Made by a program: the position numbers and the translations under genes
Notes under the pieces: model-generated
What the model saw: the letters and a program-made list of their open reading frames with translations, nothing else
Database searches by the model: none
Told to the model about the DNA's origin: nothing
NCBI GenBank assembly: GCA_021773275.1
Contig: JAJFKJ010000030.1
Coordinates: 36,552-100,551 of the forward strand
Direction: 5' to 3'
Source: Gammaproteobacteria bacterium
Lineage (GTDB): Bacteria > Pseudomonadota > Gammaproteobacteria > JABCZS01
Length of the DNA: 64,000 nucleotides
Part shown: positions 11,501 through 19,502 of the stretch, in pieces
How the letters are laid out: the number at the start of each line of letters is the position of its first letter
Numbering within the stretch: position 1 is the first letter of the stretch

Positions 11501-12536
11501 TTTGCATATCAAAAAAACTTGCTTGCCTATATATTTTTACCCACTGCAGTTCATTTTTCAGTGTCTTAACAAAGAGATTGCTAGCATTAAGTAGTGCTTT
11601 ATTGGTGGGTGAGCGCAAAATTTTATTTTGGCTTAGTTGGTGTTTATCTATATATGTTTGTAAGTTCACAGCTTCGCCGTGCAGGCTTACTAGTTCTTCA
11701 ATATTAATAATGCCATCTAAACAGGCAACACGGATGGATTGATTGTCGCGGTGCAGGAGTGTTCCTGGTGACGCATGCCGCTCTTGTCTCTCAATAGAGA
11801 GCTTCTTGACAACAAAAATATCGCTATTCAGTGAGATTTTCAGGGTGCCAAAGCGATTGGCTGCTTCGCCAAAACTGCACGCACGGTAGCGTTTTTCAAT
11901 TTCGTGGGTAGGTAGCGTCCAACTAATTAAGCCGCCATCAGGAACACATGCATTGTAGCCATAATATGAACGCATAGCTTCATCTTGTGGTTGCGGTATG
12001 CAGGTGTATTCGCACAAAGAATCTAACAGCTTTGGAAAGGTTGTGATTGCTGCTTCGTAGCACTTAGCATTTAATGATGCCGTGGTGTCATCGGCAGCGA
12101 TAGCAAAAGACTGTTGTAATAAAGTATCACCGGCATCAAATTTTTCAGTCATTTCGTGCCAGCTTATTCCGTGCTCTTTTTCGTCATTCAAAATAGCATG
12201 TGCAGTAGCATGTACACCTGCATAACGAGGCAATGGTGCATCGTGGTAATTGATGGCATATAAGCGAGGTGCTTGTATGCAAGCCGGAGACAGTTTATGC
12301 CGGTTAATAACGCTGAATAATAAATCATGCGCTGTAGTAGTGACCGCGCGTTCAAAATCATTTAAGCTTGAGAGCAATGGAACATCGTTAGATTTGGCCC
12401 AGGCGACTACGCTTGGGTGTTGGGTAAATACGCCAAGCAATTCGTGGCCAGCATTAATTAATGTTTCACCACATTTTAGCGTGAGTGAATCTTCACCTAT
12501 AAGAAAGCATTTATAGCATGGCTTAATATCTGTCAT
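5526..12536 (-). CDS. Non-ribosomal peptide synthetase, formyltransferase-A-T-E-C-T-TE
   Basis: F: INYHDAPLPRYAG, HEMTEKFDAGD; A: YSSGTTGKPKG, FDASTFEIW, NGYGPTE, YKTGDL, NGKVD; T: GGDSI; E: HHLLVDIVSW, LETHGRE, TVGWLT; C: SHTILDGWS, FENYP; T: LGGSS; TE: GASAG, GDH. Start moved to ATG 12536, which has a GGGGA RBS. Confidence 0.93.
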   Translation of the reverse strand: MTDIKPCYKCFLIGEDSLTLKCGETLINAGHELLGVFTQHPSVVAWAKSNDVPLLSSLNDFERAVTTTAHDLLFSVINRHKLSPACIQAPRLYAINYHDAPLPRYAGVHATAHAILNDEKEHGISWHEMTEKFDAGDTLLQQSFAIAADDTTASLNAKCYEAAITTFPKLLDSLCEYTCIPQPQDEAMRSYYGYNACVPDGGLISWTLPTHEIEKRYRACSFGEAANRFGTLKISLNSDIFVVKKLSIERQERHASPGTLLHRDNQSIRVACLDGIINIEELVSLHGEAVNLQTYIDKHQLSQNKILRSPTNKALLNASNLFVKTLKNELQWVKIYRQASFFDMQNWLAYHADTSTSSERNEAPFFSTLDKTEAIALTCAYFKKLSMNEDECWTIAYSTTNGKIRPLNVNLLTNASLPDLCSQITKTAGIIASLDDPASDIFTRYPCLNSLPRPIKENKFELIFYDASKNKGFCLEAHPHLAIVFINSDDIKIINQGFPLSAKTLDLFARHIEQLSQSLQDNNLPVLQAPYMPSQEERGYMHLINSDAKTSSLPYENVIEAFQESLTQSPNQIAVRDEQESISYQTLDALSTQLAHQLQAKGVAQDDIVALQLKRGITEIVSTLAILKVGASYLPLEYDSPSKRRQMILEDAQARLLIVDSKAHAHQSINTLMITDIKADLADTAAKEIECDITANSCCYIMYSSGTTGKPKGIKVTHQAVLRLVKDTNYVDFYPGINVAHLANPAFDASTFEIWGALLNAGTLYAYPTPEHFNIEDFAQFIKKEPINLVFLTASLFNIMSAHYADCLGKLQQIVIGGERLNPHHIAQLHSMLNATNNNTTKLINGYGPTENTTFSVCHQISRTQSEQCEVPIGKPINRTQAYVVNSHNELLPPYFPGELLLSGQGLAAGYLNNPTLNDEKFISFKAPSGNTVRAYKTGDLSYYDADGYITYIGRLDKQIKKNGFRIELNEIEQVMMQLPTIKQCVVHVDGSSGEKDIVAYCTTAEAADNIDDKTIKKMLENQLPWYMIPNKLIQINTIPLTGNGKVDTAKLTQLASSSLQDAGYCANKPLYHIAQKLMRISCIKPSDDFFELGGDSITAMQLAAEARKNDIPLRISDIFKYPRFRDLEQHLNTQALASNKSTGPETPVNEAPFLLAPTQQWFFNLPLSKPTHFSQSCTLNISKSITKGKLVAALLNLIQRHDSLRLRFAKSHPIKQHYASSDGAKLEDFCIFQETSNFAGFYPDAIQNQFNLESGPLMGVVLLKDAASEANHLLIVIHHLLVDIVSWHVLLNDLSDLLNEKSIVPQGYVTPYRTWVEQQLLLPYKKPFSACTEELTKSASPFHASFKLDEEKTKQLLSEVKTFCNVPIHIIVLAIVAYAFNACTKKSTFALNLETHGRETHGATLDVSGTVGWLTHILPVNISWQSSEILKIIREIDACIAVAKDSPRQANKLQEAELSINYWGNLDNLLKENELLKCADLSFINSRENPMLALGDINAWVKNKQFELTINCAPSLASSLNIGQFLEFCYDGVLSLLVLSRTSSEITQTEPMLDIQRGILHHSLYENSDIYNVQCIISHDTPLDFEKRKHAWQELSNLHEILRAGIGLAKAPTPRFFVEKSCSAPVYIKDFNGYSEQKKLVLFDKFLGEDKSILFDFEQAPLFRVNIVKFDEDHYKEVISFSHTILDGWSLFNILQQLQHIYEYGSVATSDCKPPRFFDYVTWLRSSQKPADVVFWRNRLKGLNLNPFPGTRNNAGQQDKTHAKRIIQTLPENLHCAVHDFCKENRVTLSSFFQAIWATFLSQHTKQKSCSYGLTFSGRSENYPHSNKIVGMLSNVLPFSIDNVGDNSFLSLVKQIQSEVSNLILQQHNSLHFIKQSLGLKINEALFDTVFAFENYPIDEGFSQKTDIRDATHYPLTFSVYPESSLKYILGFNANIFNVETISLLSKNIISLIESAVTQNKNVLSLELKHENNAETSTQYQQAQAEANLTSMVQNEKLLDIWQHILQQLDINYNDNFFDLGGSSFSSLRLMGNINDEFSLQLPLKFVFDHPTLGMQAKKIEALLTEKSQKVITKKQDALSTSLICLKESGSKPPLFLIHPVGGTVFWFMNLAEHFDDDRPLYAIQDPGLQAPHDIHFKTIEAMADAYVKLIKTVAPTGPYYLGGASAGATTSIAMAHQLMSHGEQVDFIGLFDGWVPFPQKLKDRECFERNMHRQFEYMKQDFAKQGISEADELLQLQWIRSRMNAAYKVPYINNKITLFKAMETVEVYEPMEAAYNHWETRSPHPIERYMIPGDHESIFQKPNVTILAKCLKYALNPAETQSAKKLLGKRELQT

Positions 12537-12634
12537 TGCCGATCCCCACGAAAGTCCTATACATCTGCTGCTTTTCTTCTGTGCAGTTTGCAGATGGTTT
12601 CCTTGGTCTTGCATCCTATTTATACCATGTTTTG

Positions 12635-13315
12635 CTAGCAAAACTCAACTAGTTGCACAGTATCAACATCGCTATTAGTTGTTGCTACGCATGCGATAAG
12701 ATTGGCTTTGGGTTGGGTGCGATATAAGTAAAAATTTTGGAAAAGCGTAGGTGTTGAGAGCTCGGGTAGTTCAGATGGCAGATTGCTATGCACAGGTAAG
12801 TCGATAGCTTGAGGGGATTGTTGCAATCCTGTGCCGATGGCTTTTAAATAAGCTTCTTTTTGCACCCAGCTACTGTAAAAAGCAATAGTTTGCTGTGCTG
12901 GCGGTAGTGTTTGGATGGTTTTCTGTTCCTGTTCAGATAGCGCTTCGCTGGATATGAGTGCAGTTACGGTATCAGTATTGACTGCTTCAATATCGACACC
13001 ACAGGGCCCGTGCTCGCATAAAGCATAAAGCAGGTGATTGTGGCTGTGCGAAACGCTAAAATGAAGGCGGGTATGACTTTCAATAAATGGTTTGTGGTGT
13101 TCCGTGTATTGCAGTTTTATTTTGTTTGGCTGAATTTTAAGCTCATGCGCCAGCAGGGTATATAAAATACCTTGGCGAACAATATAAAGTTCACGCAGTT
13201 CGGCATAACGAAATGCCGCTGCACGGGCAAGCTGCTGTTTAGATAACAGCGGCGTGAACTGTTGTTGCAGTTCGTCTACTGCCAGCGCATTGCAGTCAAT
13301 ATAGGCAAGCTTCAT
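12635..13315 (-). CDS. Sfp-type 4'-phosphopantetheinyl transferase
   Basis: HFSVSHS, CGVDIE, WVQKEAYLKAIGTGL motifs; adjacent to the NRPS. Confidence 0.93.
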   Translation of the reverse strand: MKLAYIDCNALAVDELQQQFTPLLSKQQLARAAAFRYAELRELYIVRQGILYTLLAHELKIQPNKIKLQYTEHHKPFIESHTRLHFSVSHSHNHLLYALCEHGPCGVDIEAVNTDTVTALISSEALSEQEQKTIQTLPPAQQTIAFYSSWVQKEAYLKAIGTGLQQSPQAIDLPVHSNLPSELPELSTPTLFQNFYLYRTQPKANLIACVATTNSDVDTVQLVEFC

Positions 13316-14385
13316 CCTTGGCTTGAGCAGAGCCCACCTGTAGAGCGTGTTCTGCGTTTTGCAGGCGGCGTATTTATGCCATTTGAGTCATCAGTGACTG
13401 GGTCGCGCTTTACACCCGCGATTATTGCTGACGGCCCAGCAACTGCTTTTAGCAGGTGTGCATCAAAATTTCGGCCTTCCAGCTGAGGGAAGTGCCCGGC
13501 CCTGCTAAATATTTTTGATTTGATGTGCGCGTATTTTTCTAAACTATCTTTGCTTGGTGGCGGCGTAATGCCATCTTGGGCTCCCCAGAACAGCGTCACA
13601 TTGCGACCACCTAATTGCTCCAGAGTATCGAGCTGCTTGCTTGTGTCAATGTCACTCTGTAGATTGCCAAAAAAGTGCAAACGCATCGCAGGGTTTATAA
13701 CGCGTGATGGCTGGCCTTGGACGTTGCGCCACATGGTTAATACGCTATTAACGTGGCTAAGATTAGCTAGTGTTAAGGTGTTAAAGCTGCGACACTGCTC
13801 AACAAACACTGAGTTCGGTGTTAAAGACCCATCTTTAACATTTGAGTCTTGAAGTCGCTCATTTAAGCGCTTGCCCTTCATTAGGGCGTCATACAGTTCC
13901 TGGTCTTGCTCCAGCTTTGATTTTTCTTTAGGTACTGATCCCGAAGTCGAACCGGTTTTCGAGTCACTGAATTCCGCATCAATTTTTTCTACTGGGGTGC
14001 CAATGCAAATAGTGCTATGTAAAGCAGGTATTTTTTCCGCACAAATTAAGGCAAGTTTTGTCAGCACAGAATTTGCTAGAAGGTTGATTTTTTTATCAGG
14101 GTATTTTTTGTGCACGGCATCAACGGCAGCAGCAATTTGTGCAACCATATCATTAATGGTGATTTTAGCGATAGCGTCTTCATCGACTGCAGCGTCTTTA
14201 TCATGAATCCAGTCACCATCAAAAGCAATAAAAAATGCTTTATCTTTGAGTCTGTCTGAATAAATGGGAAAGTACAAAGAGCCTGGCCCTATGGTAAGGA
14301 AAATTTGATCGCTATCAGGGTTGCCAGTGATGGGGCAACGGTATGAGGTACCCTCTACTTTAAGTGTGGTTTCTTTAACAAACAT
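13312..14385 (-). CDS. Alpha/beta-fold hydrolase
   Basis: Atypical nucleophile elbow LLANSVL, FWGAQDGITP (acid), AGHFPQLE (His); ATGA overlap with the PPTase. Confidence 0.7.
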   Translation of the reverse strand: MFVKETTLKVEGTSYRCPITGNPDSDQIFLTIGPGSLYFPIYSDRLKDKAFFIAFDGDWIHDKDAAVDEDAIAKITINDMVAQIAAAVDAVHKKYPDKKINLLANSVLTKLALICAEKIPALHSTICIGTPVEKIDAEFSDSKTGSTSGSVPKEKSKLEQDQELYDALMKGKRLNERLQDSNVKDGSLTPNSVFVEQCRSFNTLTLANLSHVNSVLTMWRNVQGQPSRVINPAMRLHFFGNLQSDIDTSKQLDTLEQLGGRNVTLFWGAQDGITPPPSKDSLEKYAHIKSKIFSRAGHFPQLEGRNFDAHLLKAVAGPSAIIAGVKRDPVTDDSNGINTPPAKRRTRSTGGLCSSQG

Positions 14386-14414
14386 ATTAACACCTCTACT
14401 CTTTCAATTTGAAT

Positions 14415-17204
14415 CTAATCTTGCTTTTGCAGCCATTGCTTAAGCGATATTCGTGTTTCATCAATAACGCTTAATAGCTGCTGATATAAAGCTTCCAAGT
14501 GTTTTTCTAGCCCGGCGCGGGCATAGCGCTCAGTATACTGGCAAGCCATTTTCATGCGTATTGCACCGCAATATAGAGCACTACTTTTGAGTTTATGCGC
14601 TATGTCTTGAACTTTTACCCAATCACCTTGCTCATGTGCTTTTTTCAAATTTGCCCAGTCTTCTTCTAGGCCTTCGTTTAAAAAGATTTGTACAACTTCG
14701 ATAAACAGTGCTTGATTATTATCACAAGTTTGCATCGCAGCATCGAGGTCAAATAATGCGTATTCATCCAGTTTAAATAGTTCAGCTTCTGTTAATGGTA
14801 AGTCACTGCCTAAACAGGCTTCTTTTGTGGCTTCCGAGATGGCGCCTGATTGCGAACCTGAGCGCTCCGGTATGAATGCATTCAAAATGTCTTCTGCTTT
14901 TTCCGGGCTGAGTGGTTTTGATAAAGCAGCATTCATGCCGGCATCTTTGCAAGCTTGTTTTGCCTCATCTTCAACATGTGCTGTTAAAGCCACAATGGGG
15001 ATATCTTGGTCAGTTTTTTCTTGCAGTTCACGAATTTGCTGGGTTGCCTCTATCCCTGAAATACCTGGCAAACCCACATCCATAAAAATAAAATCGTAGG
15101 TTTTATTTTGTACCATTTTAACAGCATCTTCACCAGATGTGGCCACATCAATTTTACAGTTTAGGTTTTTCAATATACCTTTGGTCACTAGCGCGGCGCT
15201 GGGGCTGTCTTCAACAAGCAATACATTCGTTAACCCGGCTTCATTACGGGTAAGCTTGATATGGTTTTGTTGTGCATCGATTTGCTGTTGCTTGGACGTA
15301 CCAGAAGCTTTATTCAAGTCGGGCGCCCAGTGTGCATGCAAAGCATCTTGTGTCGTTGCGATTTTAAGGGGGAAGGTGCATGTCATTGTGGTGCCGTTGT
15401 CTACCTGGCTAGTGACGGCAATATCAGCACCAAGCTTGTCCAAGTAACCTTTAACGCGGAATAATCCGGCGCCCAGCCCGCTATACCGACCCTCATGTGC
15501 GGGCGTGAGCCTTTGGAAATAATTGAAGATGTTTTCTTGCTGTTCTTTTTGAATGCCCATACCTGTATCATTAACAATGACTTGCACGGTGGCAGTTTTA
15601 TGGTGTATGCGAAGCAGTTGCGCATGAATAGAGACATCACCTTGTTCCGTAAATTTAATAGCATTGACCGCAAGCTCTTGAATAACGCGACGTATGATGC
15701 TGTCGTCGCCCACTAAATATTTTGGAATTGCATCATCAAACTCTAGAGAGAGCTTAAGATTTTTCTGTTCAGCGGCAGGGCTGTTAAACTTCATGATATG
15801 TTGCAGCTGATCATGCAGGGAAAATTTCCGATGTAAAATACGGAGCTTTCCATCATAGACGCGCACGGTTTCAATAATTTCATCGAACATTGCACTCAGC
15901 GCGCTACCCGCATTTATAATATTATGTGCGTAGTGGCCCATCTCTTGAAGATCAGCTGCCTGGCCGTCACGCAGGGTGTTTATTTGTTGCAATAACAGGT
16001 TAGCAGAGCCGGTGATGCCATACATGGGTGTGCGTGTATCATGACGGATATTATTTAAAAACTCAGTTTTAGCTTGGTTAGCAGATTCAGCCAGTTCTTT
16101 TGCTTTTTTCAAGTCTTCTTCCATTTTTTTACGCTCGGTGATATCAATCGATATACCGACAATGCCTGCAACATTATGGTTTTCGTCGCGGTAAGGAATT
16201 TTGTGCGTTAACATCTGTCTATATTCGCCTTTGGGCGTAATATATCCTTCTTCTAGGAGCTGCCCTTGGCCGCTTTTCATGATGCGTAAATCGTTGTCGC
16301 GCAACTTTTCAGCTACACCGGGTTCCCAGTCAAGCATTTTTGCTAAATCAAAAATATTTTTACCAATAACTTGGTCTGCCGAGTCAAGCCCGAAAATGCG
16401 AGCCTCTGCCTCATTACAACCTAAAATAACACTGTCTTCATCAATCCAGTAAATGGCTTCAGGCAGATTATCTAGAATGGTTTTTAAACGATGGTTTGTG
16501 CCAAGCTGCTCTTTTGTGACGGCATGGTTTGCATCCTCCAGGTTTTTTTCACGCTTTTTAATTGCTGTGATATCTATGGAAATACCCATAATGCCAATAA
16601 TTTTGCTTTCTTCACGGTAAGGTATTTTATGTGTTAAAAATGTTTTTGATTCGCCACTAGGAGACATCGTTTCTTCTTCAAAAGAAATGCTTTTGCCTAC
16701 TTTTAAAACAAGCAGATCATTTTCATGTATTTTTTCAGCAATACCCGGTTTCCAGTTTAGAAATTTGGCAAGGTCAAAAATATCTTTGCCGAGCATCTCT
16801 TCTGCGCTTAACCCAAAAATTTGTGCTTCCGCATCATTGGCGGCTAAAACTCGACCATTGTCATCAAGTAAATAGATAGCCTCTGGAATATTCGCAAACA
16901 TGTTTTGTAAAAATGTACGCTCATCTAGCGTGGCAGGTGTTTGGCTGTGCTCAGCCGTAATGGTTGTAATTTTGCCGAGATAGCGCTCAGCTTTATCTAA
17001 TAGTTTTTCAGGCAGTTCTATTTTGCCTGCATAATGTGCAGAAAGGTGTTGCGTTATTTCTGTGCCAATTTTTTGTAGTGCGTCTACATCAGCTTGCTTT
17101 TCAGCAATAAAAACGCGATAGAACTTGTCGAACTGCTTACAAGCAGCTTCAAGTTTAGCTACCGACAGCTGTTGGTTGCATACATCCTTCATGCTAATAT
17201 CCAT
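14415..17204 (-). CDS. Cytoplasmic hybrid sensor histidine kinase (PAS-PAS-HisKA-HATPase-REC-Hpt)
   Basis: Two PAS/PAC repeats; H-box FLNNIRHDTRTP, N-box NAIKFT, DTGMGI, receiver LLVED/FMDVGLP, Hpt AHKLKSSA; no obvious TM helices. Confidence 0.93.
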   Translation of the reverse strand: MDISMKDVCNQQLSVAKLEAACKQFDKFYRVFIAEKQADVDALQKIGTEITQHLSAHYAGKIELPEKLLDKAERYLGKITTITAEHSQTPATLDERTFLQNMFANIPEAIYLLDDNGRVLAANDAEAQIFGLSAEEMLGKDIFDLAKFLNWKPGIAEKIHENDLLVLKVGKSISFEEETMSPSGESKTFLTHKIPYREESKIIGIMGISIDITAIKKREKNLEDANHAVTKEQLGTNHRLKTILDNLPEAIYWIDEDSVILGCNEAEARIFGLDSADQVIGKNIFDLAKMLDWEPGVAEKLRDNDLRIMKSGQGQLLEEGYITPKGEYRQMLTHKIPYRDENHNVAGIVGISIDITERKKMEEDLKKAKELAESANQAKTEFLNNIRHDTRTPMYGITGSANLLLQQINTLRDGQAADLQEMGHYAHNIINAGSALSAMFDEIIETVRVYDGKLRILHRKFSLHDQLQHIMKFNSPAAEQKNLKLSLEFDDAIPKYLVGDDSIIRRVIQELAVNAIKFTEQGDVSIHAQLLRIHHKTATVQVIVNDTGMGIQKEQQENIFNYFQRLTPAHEGRYSGLGAGLFRVKGYLDKLGADIAVTSQVDNGTTMTCTFPLKIATTQDALHAHWAPDLNKASGTSKQQQIDAQQNHIKLTRNEAGLTNVLLVEDSPSAALVTKGILKNLNCKIDVATSGEDAVKMVQNKTYDFIFMDVGLPGISGIEATQQIRELQEKTDQDIPIVALTAHVEDEAKQACKDAGMNAALSKPLSPEKAEDILNAFIPERSGSQSGAISEATKEACLGSDLPLTEAELFKLDEYALFDLDAAMQTCDNNQALFIEVVQIFLNEGLEEDWANLKKAHEQGDWVKVQDIAHKLKSSALYCGAIRMKMACQYTERYARAGLEKHLEALYQQLLSVIDETRISLKQWLQKQD

Positions 17205-17565
17205 TACGCCTGCTCAAGCTATTTAAATAGCAATATAACAAGTATAGGGTCAATCTCTCAAAACCACATAAGCAATCTACCCTATTTTTGCTATTTTAGC
17301 TATTGCTGTGTACGTGCATTAATTTTGACTTGAGCGTATTTCCTTCTGTCAACTTAAATAGAATTGATTAGGGGTGATATTTGTAAGCAATATCGCACAA
17401 GCATTTCAGAGATGGCTTATTAGCTTCGTGGCTTTCTTATTTTCAAGGATGTTTTTTTTCCTGCATATAATCGAACTGCTTACAAGTCTTAAGAAGAGCT
17501 CCATTATGCTTCTTTGAGTGTAGTGCATGTTAGTGGTTGTGGTAACCTGTATTTAGACTGGTGGC

Positions 17566-19191
17566 TTAGTTATTGCTTGATCTGAAAGATCCGTAGTTGC
17601 GGGCTTTACCGCCTTCACATTCAGCCATGGGAAGGGGGTTTCCAGCTGTAGCGGGGGCTGATGTTTGCTTGGGACTCCAAAACCTGGAAAAAGATATTCT
17701 GCATTCCGCGGCAGTTTGTTGAAATTTTGTTGCGAAATTTTCTGCTATTCTCGCCATTTTGTCTGTATTATTGTGAGACTGTCGAGCGATTGGCGCAGCA
17801 TGTAAGCTCGTGTTATAAGTGGCGGTGGGCTTCCTGAATACAGGGGTGCCATCGGCCGGTGTGGTAATTGCGGAGGTCCTGGTGCTAGAGCTACTGCTAG
17901 AAACATTCAAGCTGCCGAACTTGCTTGGAGGCCAATTAGCGATACTCCTATCATGTTCTTCCTCAAGGGATGGAACGGGTGAATTCGGTCTTGCTGGAGG
18001 CGGTGTCCCGGGGATCTCCTGCAGTTTTGAGAAAAGCTCATCTACATCAAAGTGCATTGGTCTTTCCTCAGGGTTTGAGGAGCGGCGTGTGCCAGAGGCG
18101 CTAACGGATTTATGCAGGTCTTGTACTTCCCTTGTTGCGTTAGTCGTTTTCTGTGCTGTTGCCATTACCCCAGCGAGCAGCTTCATTCCTTCAGCAAGGG
18201 TCAGCATGGCATTTTGCATAGTGTTACTATCGTTGCTGGCTTGGCTGCCGGTTTCATGGCTTAGATCGCGAGCCATTGGTAGAGACTGGTGAGATAGTAT
18301 TGGGCTTGCAGGTTGAGATCTTGGTTTAAGCCCATCTCTGTAAGCCGCGACAGGGCCGTTAACGTGCGTAGCACGTACCCACTTTATTCCCAAATCCTCG
18401 GCCCCGTTAAGGTAGGTAAAGCTATGCAGTGGCTTGTTGTAGTAAACAATATTCTTTATGCCCTGCTGCTTGGCAGCAAGCATAAAATAAGGTAACTCTC
18501 TGAGCAGATAGGGCAGAAAGGCTGTGAGGGGAATGTTGCCTCTTCCTTCTTCTCGGCACCGTACCTGGTAAGCCTGAGCATCTTTATGTACAGCTGTTTT
18601 AAAACTTCCATCAGTTGCAAAAAGTTTCGCTACATCTGCGCGAAAATTATTGAATAGAGTTTTCAGCTCAGCGTCTTCGGGTTGGTTGCCTTCAGGTCTC
18701 GTATTGCCTTTAATCGCATCAAACTTATCCCAAGTGATTATTTCAAAATCAAGCTCGCCTTGTGCATACACACCTTCTTTTTTAAGTTGTTCTATGGCGA
18801 GTGCTTTGCATGCAGAGAATTGCGCTTGCCATAGTTTGCTGTAGCGCGTGGCTTGCTCCAGCGCACTAGCATGTTCTGCGCCTTGCGCTTCATAATTCAT
18901 AGCAGCTAAGAGATCCGTAAGCACAATTTGGCAACCGTTTGCACCCACCTTGTAGAGCTTCATCAGCGTAGAGACAAGCTCTAAACCTATTTGCTTGTGT
19001 GTGTTTGCAATGGGAAGGCCATCAACGGTTTGCGTATCGTATTCAGCTGTGTATTGAGAAACACTAATGAAAAGTACGGTATTTTCTGCCGAGTAGGTGG
19101 TGGCAGATTTATCATGGATCGCGAGCTTTGCATCAAAACCGGCTGGGCCGGTTTTTGCAGGTCTCTCTTCTGTAGACTGTGTATTACCCAT
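17566..19191 (-). CDS. Cyclodipeptide-synthase-like (tRNA-dependent) domain protein with MGxxxS N-terminus and Ser/Pro-rich tail
   Basis: FISVSQ, CQIVLTDLL..N, IITWD, YLLRE, IVYY appear in the order and spacing of CDPS motifs; starts MGNTQS. Confidence 0.55.
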   Translation of the reverse strand: MGNTQSTEERPAKTGPAGFDAKLAIHDKSATTYSAENTVLFISVSQYTAEYDTQTVDGLPIANTHKQIGLELVSTLMKLYKVGANGCQIVLTDLLAAMNYEAQGAEHASALEQATRYSKLWQAQFSACKALAIEQLKKEGVYAQGELDFEIITWDKFDAIKGNTRPEGNQPEDAELKTLFNNFRADVAKLFATDGSFKTAVHKDAQAYQVRCREEGRGNIPLTAFLPYLLRELPYFMLAAKQQGIKNIVYYNKPLHSFTYLNGAEDLGIKWVRATHVNGPVAAYRDGLKPRSQPASPILSHQSLPMARDLSHETGSQASNDSNTMQNAMLTLAEGMKLLAGVMATAQKTTNATREVQDLHKSVSASGTRRSSNPEERPMHFDVDELFSKLQEIPGTPPPARPNSPVPSLEEEHDRSIANWPPSKFGSLNVSSSSSSTRTSAITTPADGTPVFRKPTATYNTSLHAAPIARQSHNNTDKMARIAENFATKFQQTAAECRISFSRFWSPKQTSAPATAGNPLPMAECEGGKARNYGSFRSSNN

Positions 19192-19365
19192 GGTTAATCT
19201 CTCACAACAATCAGCGAAGCAGCTGACGCGATCCTCTCTAGAGTCAAACTAACATCTGCTGAGGGAAAAATCAAGCGTTTTTCTCAAGGTTTCTAGTCGA
19301 TTAATGGTATGCTCGGGAGCCATTAATTTGTTTTTTAGCCGCCATTTATTAAGGTTTTCTTATCT

Positions 19366-19400
19366 TTGACTTGGGCTGAGAAAGGGGGTAGAATCAGCCC
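19366..19400 (+). promoter_or_regulatory. Sigma70-type promoter with an overlapping inverted repeat
   Basis: TTGACT-17 bp-TAGAAT (19366-19394); GGGCTGA (19373) and TCAGCCC (19394) flank the -10. Confidence 0.55.
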
Positions 19401-19502
19401 CCTGTAGGATATGGCTTACACCTTTTTGCGCTGTACAGGGCTTGAGGCTATGCTCTAAGAGTGATAGAATTCAAATTTGTTACAAAACTAACGTAGGCGG
19501 TT

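Noticed and set aside
12537-12641. N-terminal extension of the NRPS in the ORF track
   Set aside because: Non-ATG start overlapping the PPTase; ATG 12536 has an RBS and begins the formyltransferase domain
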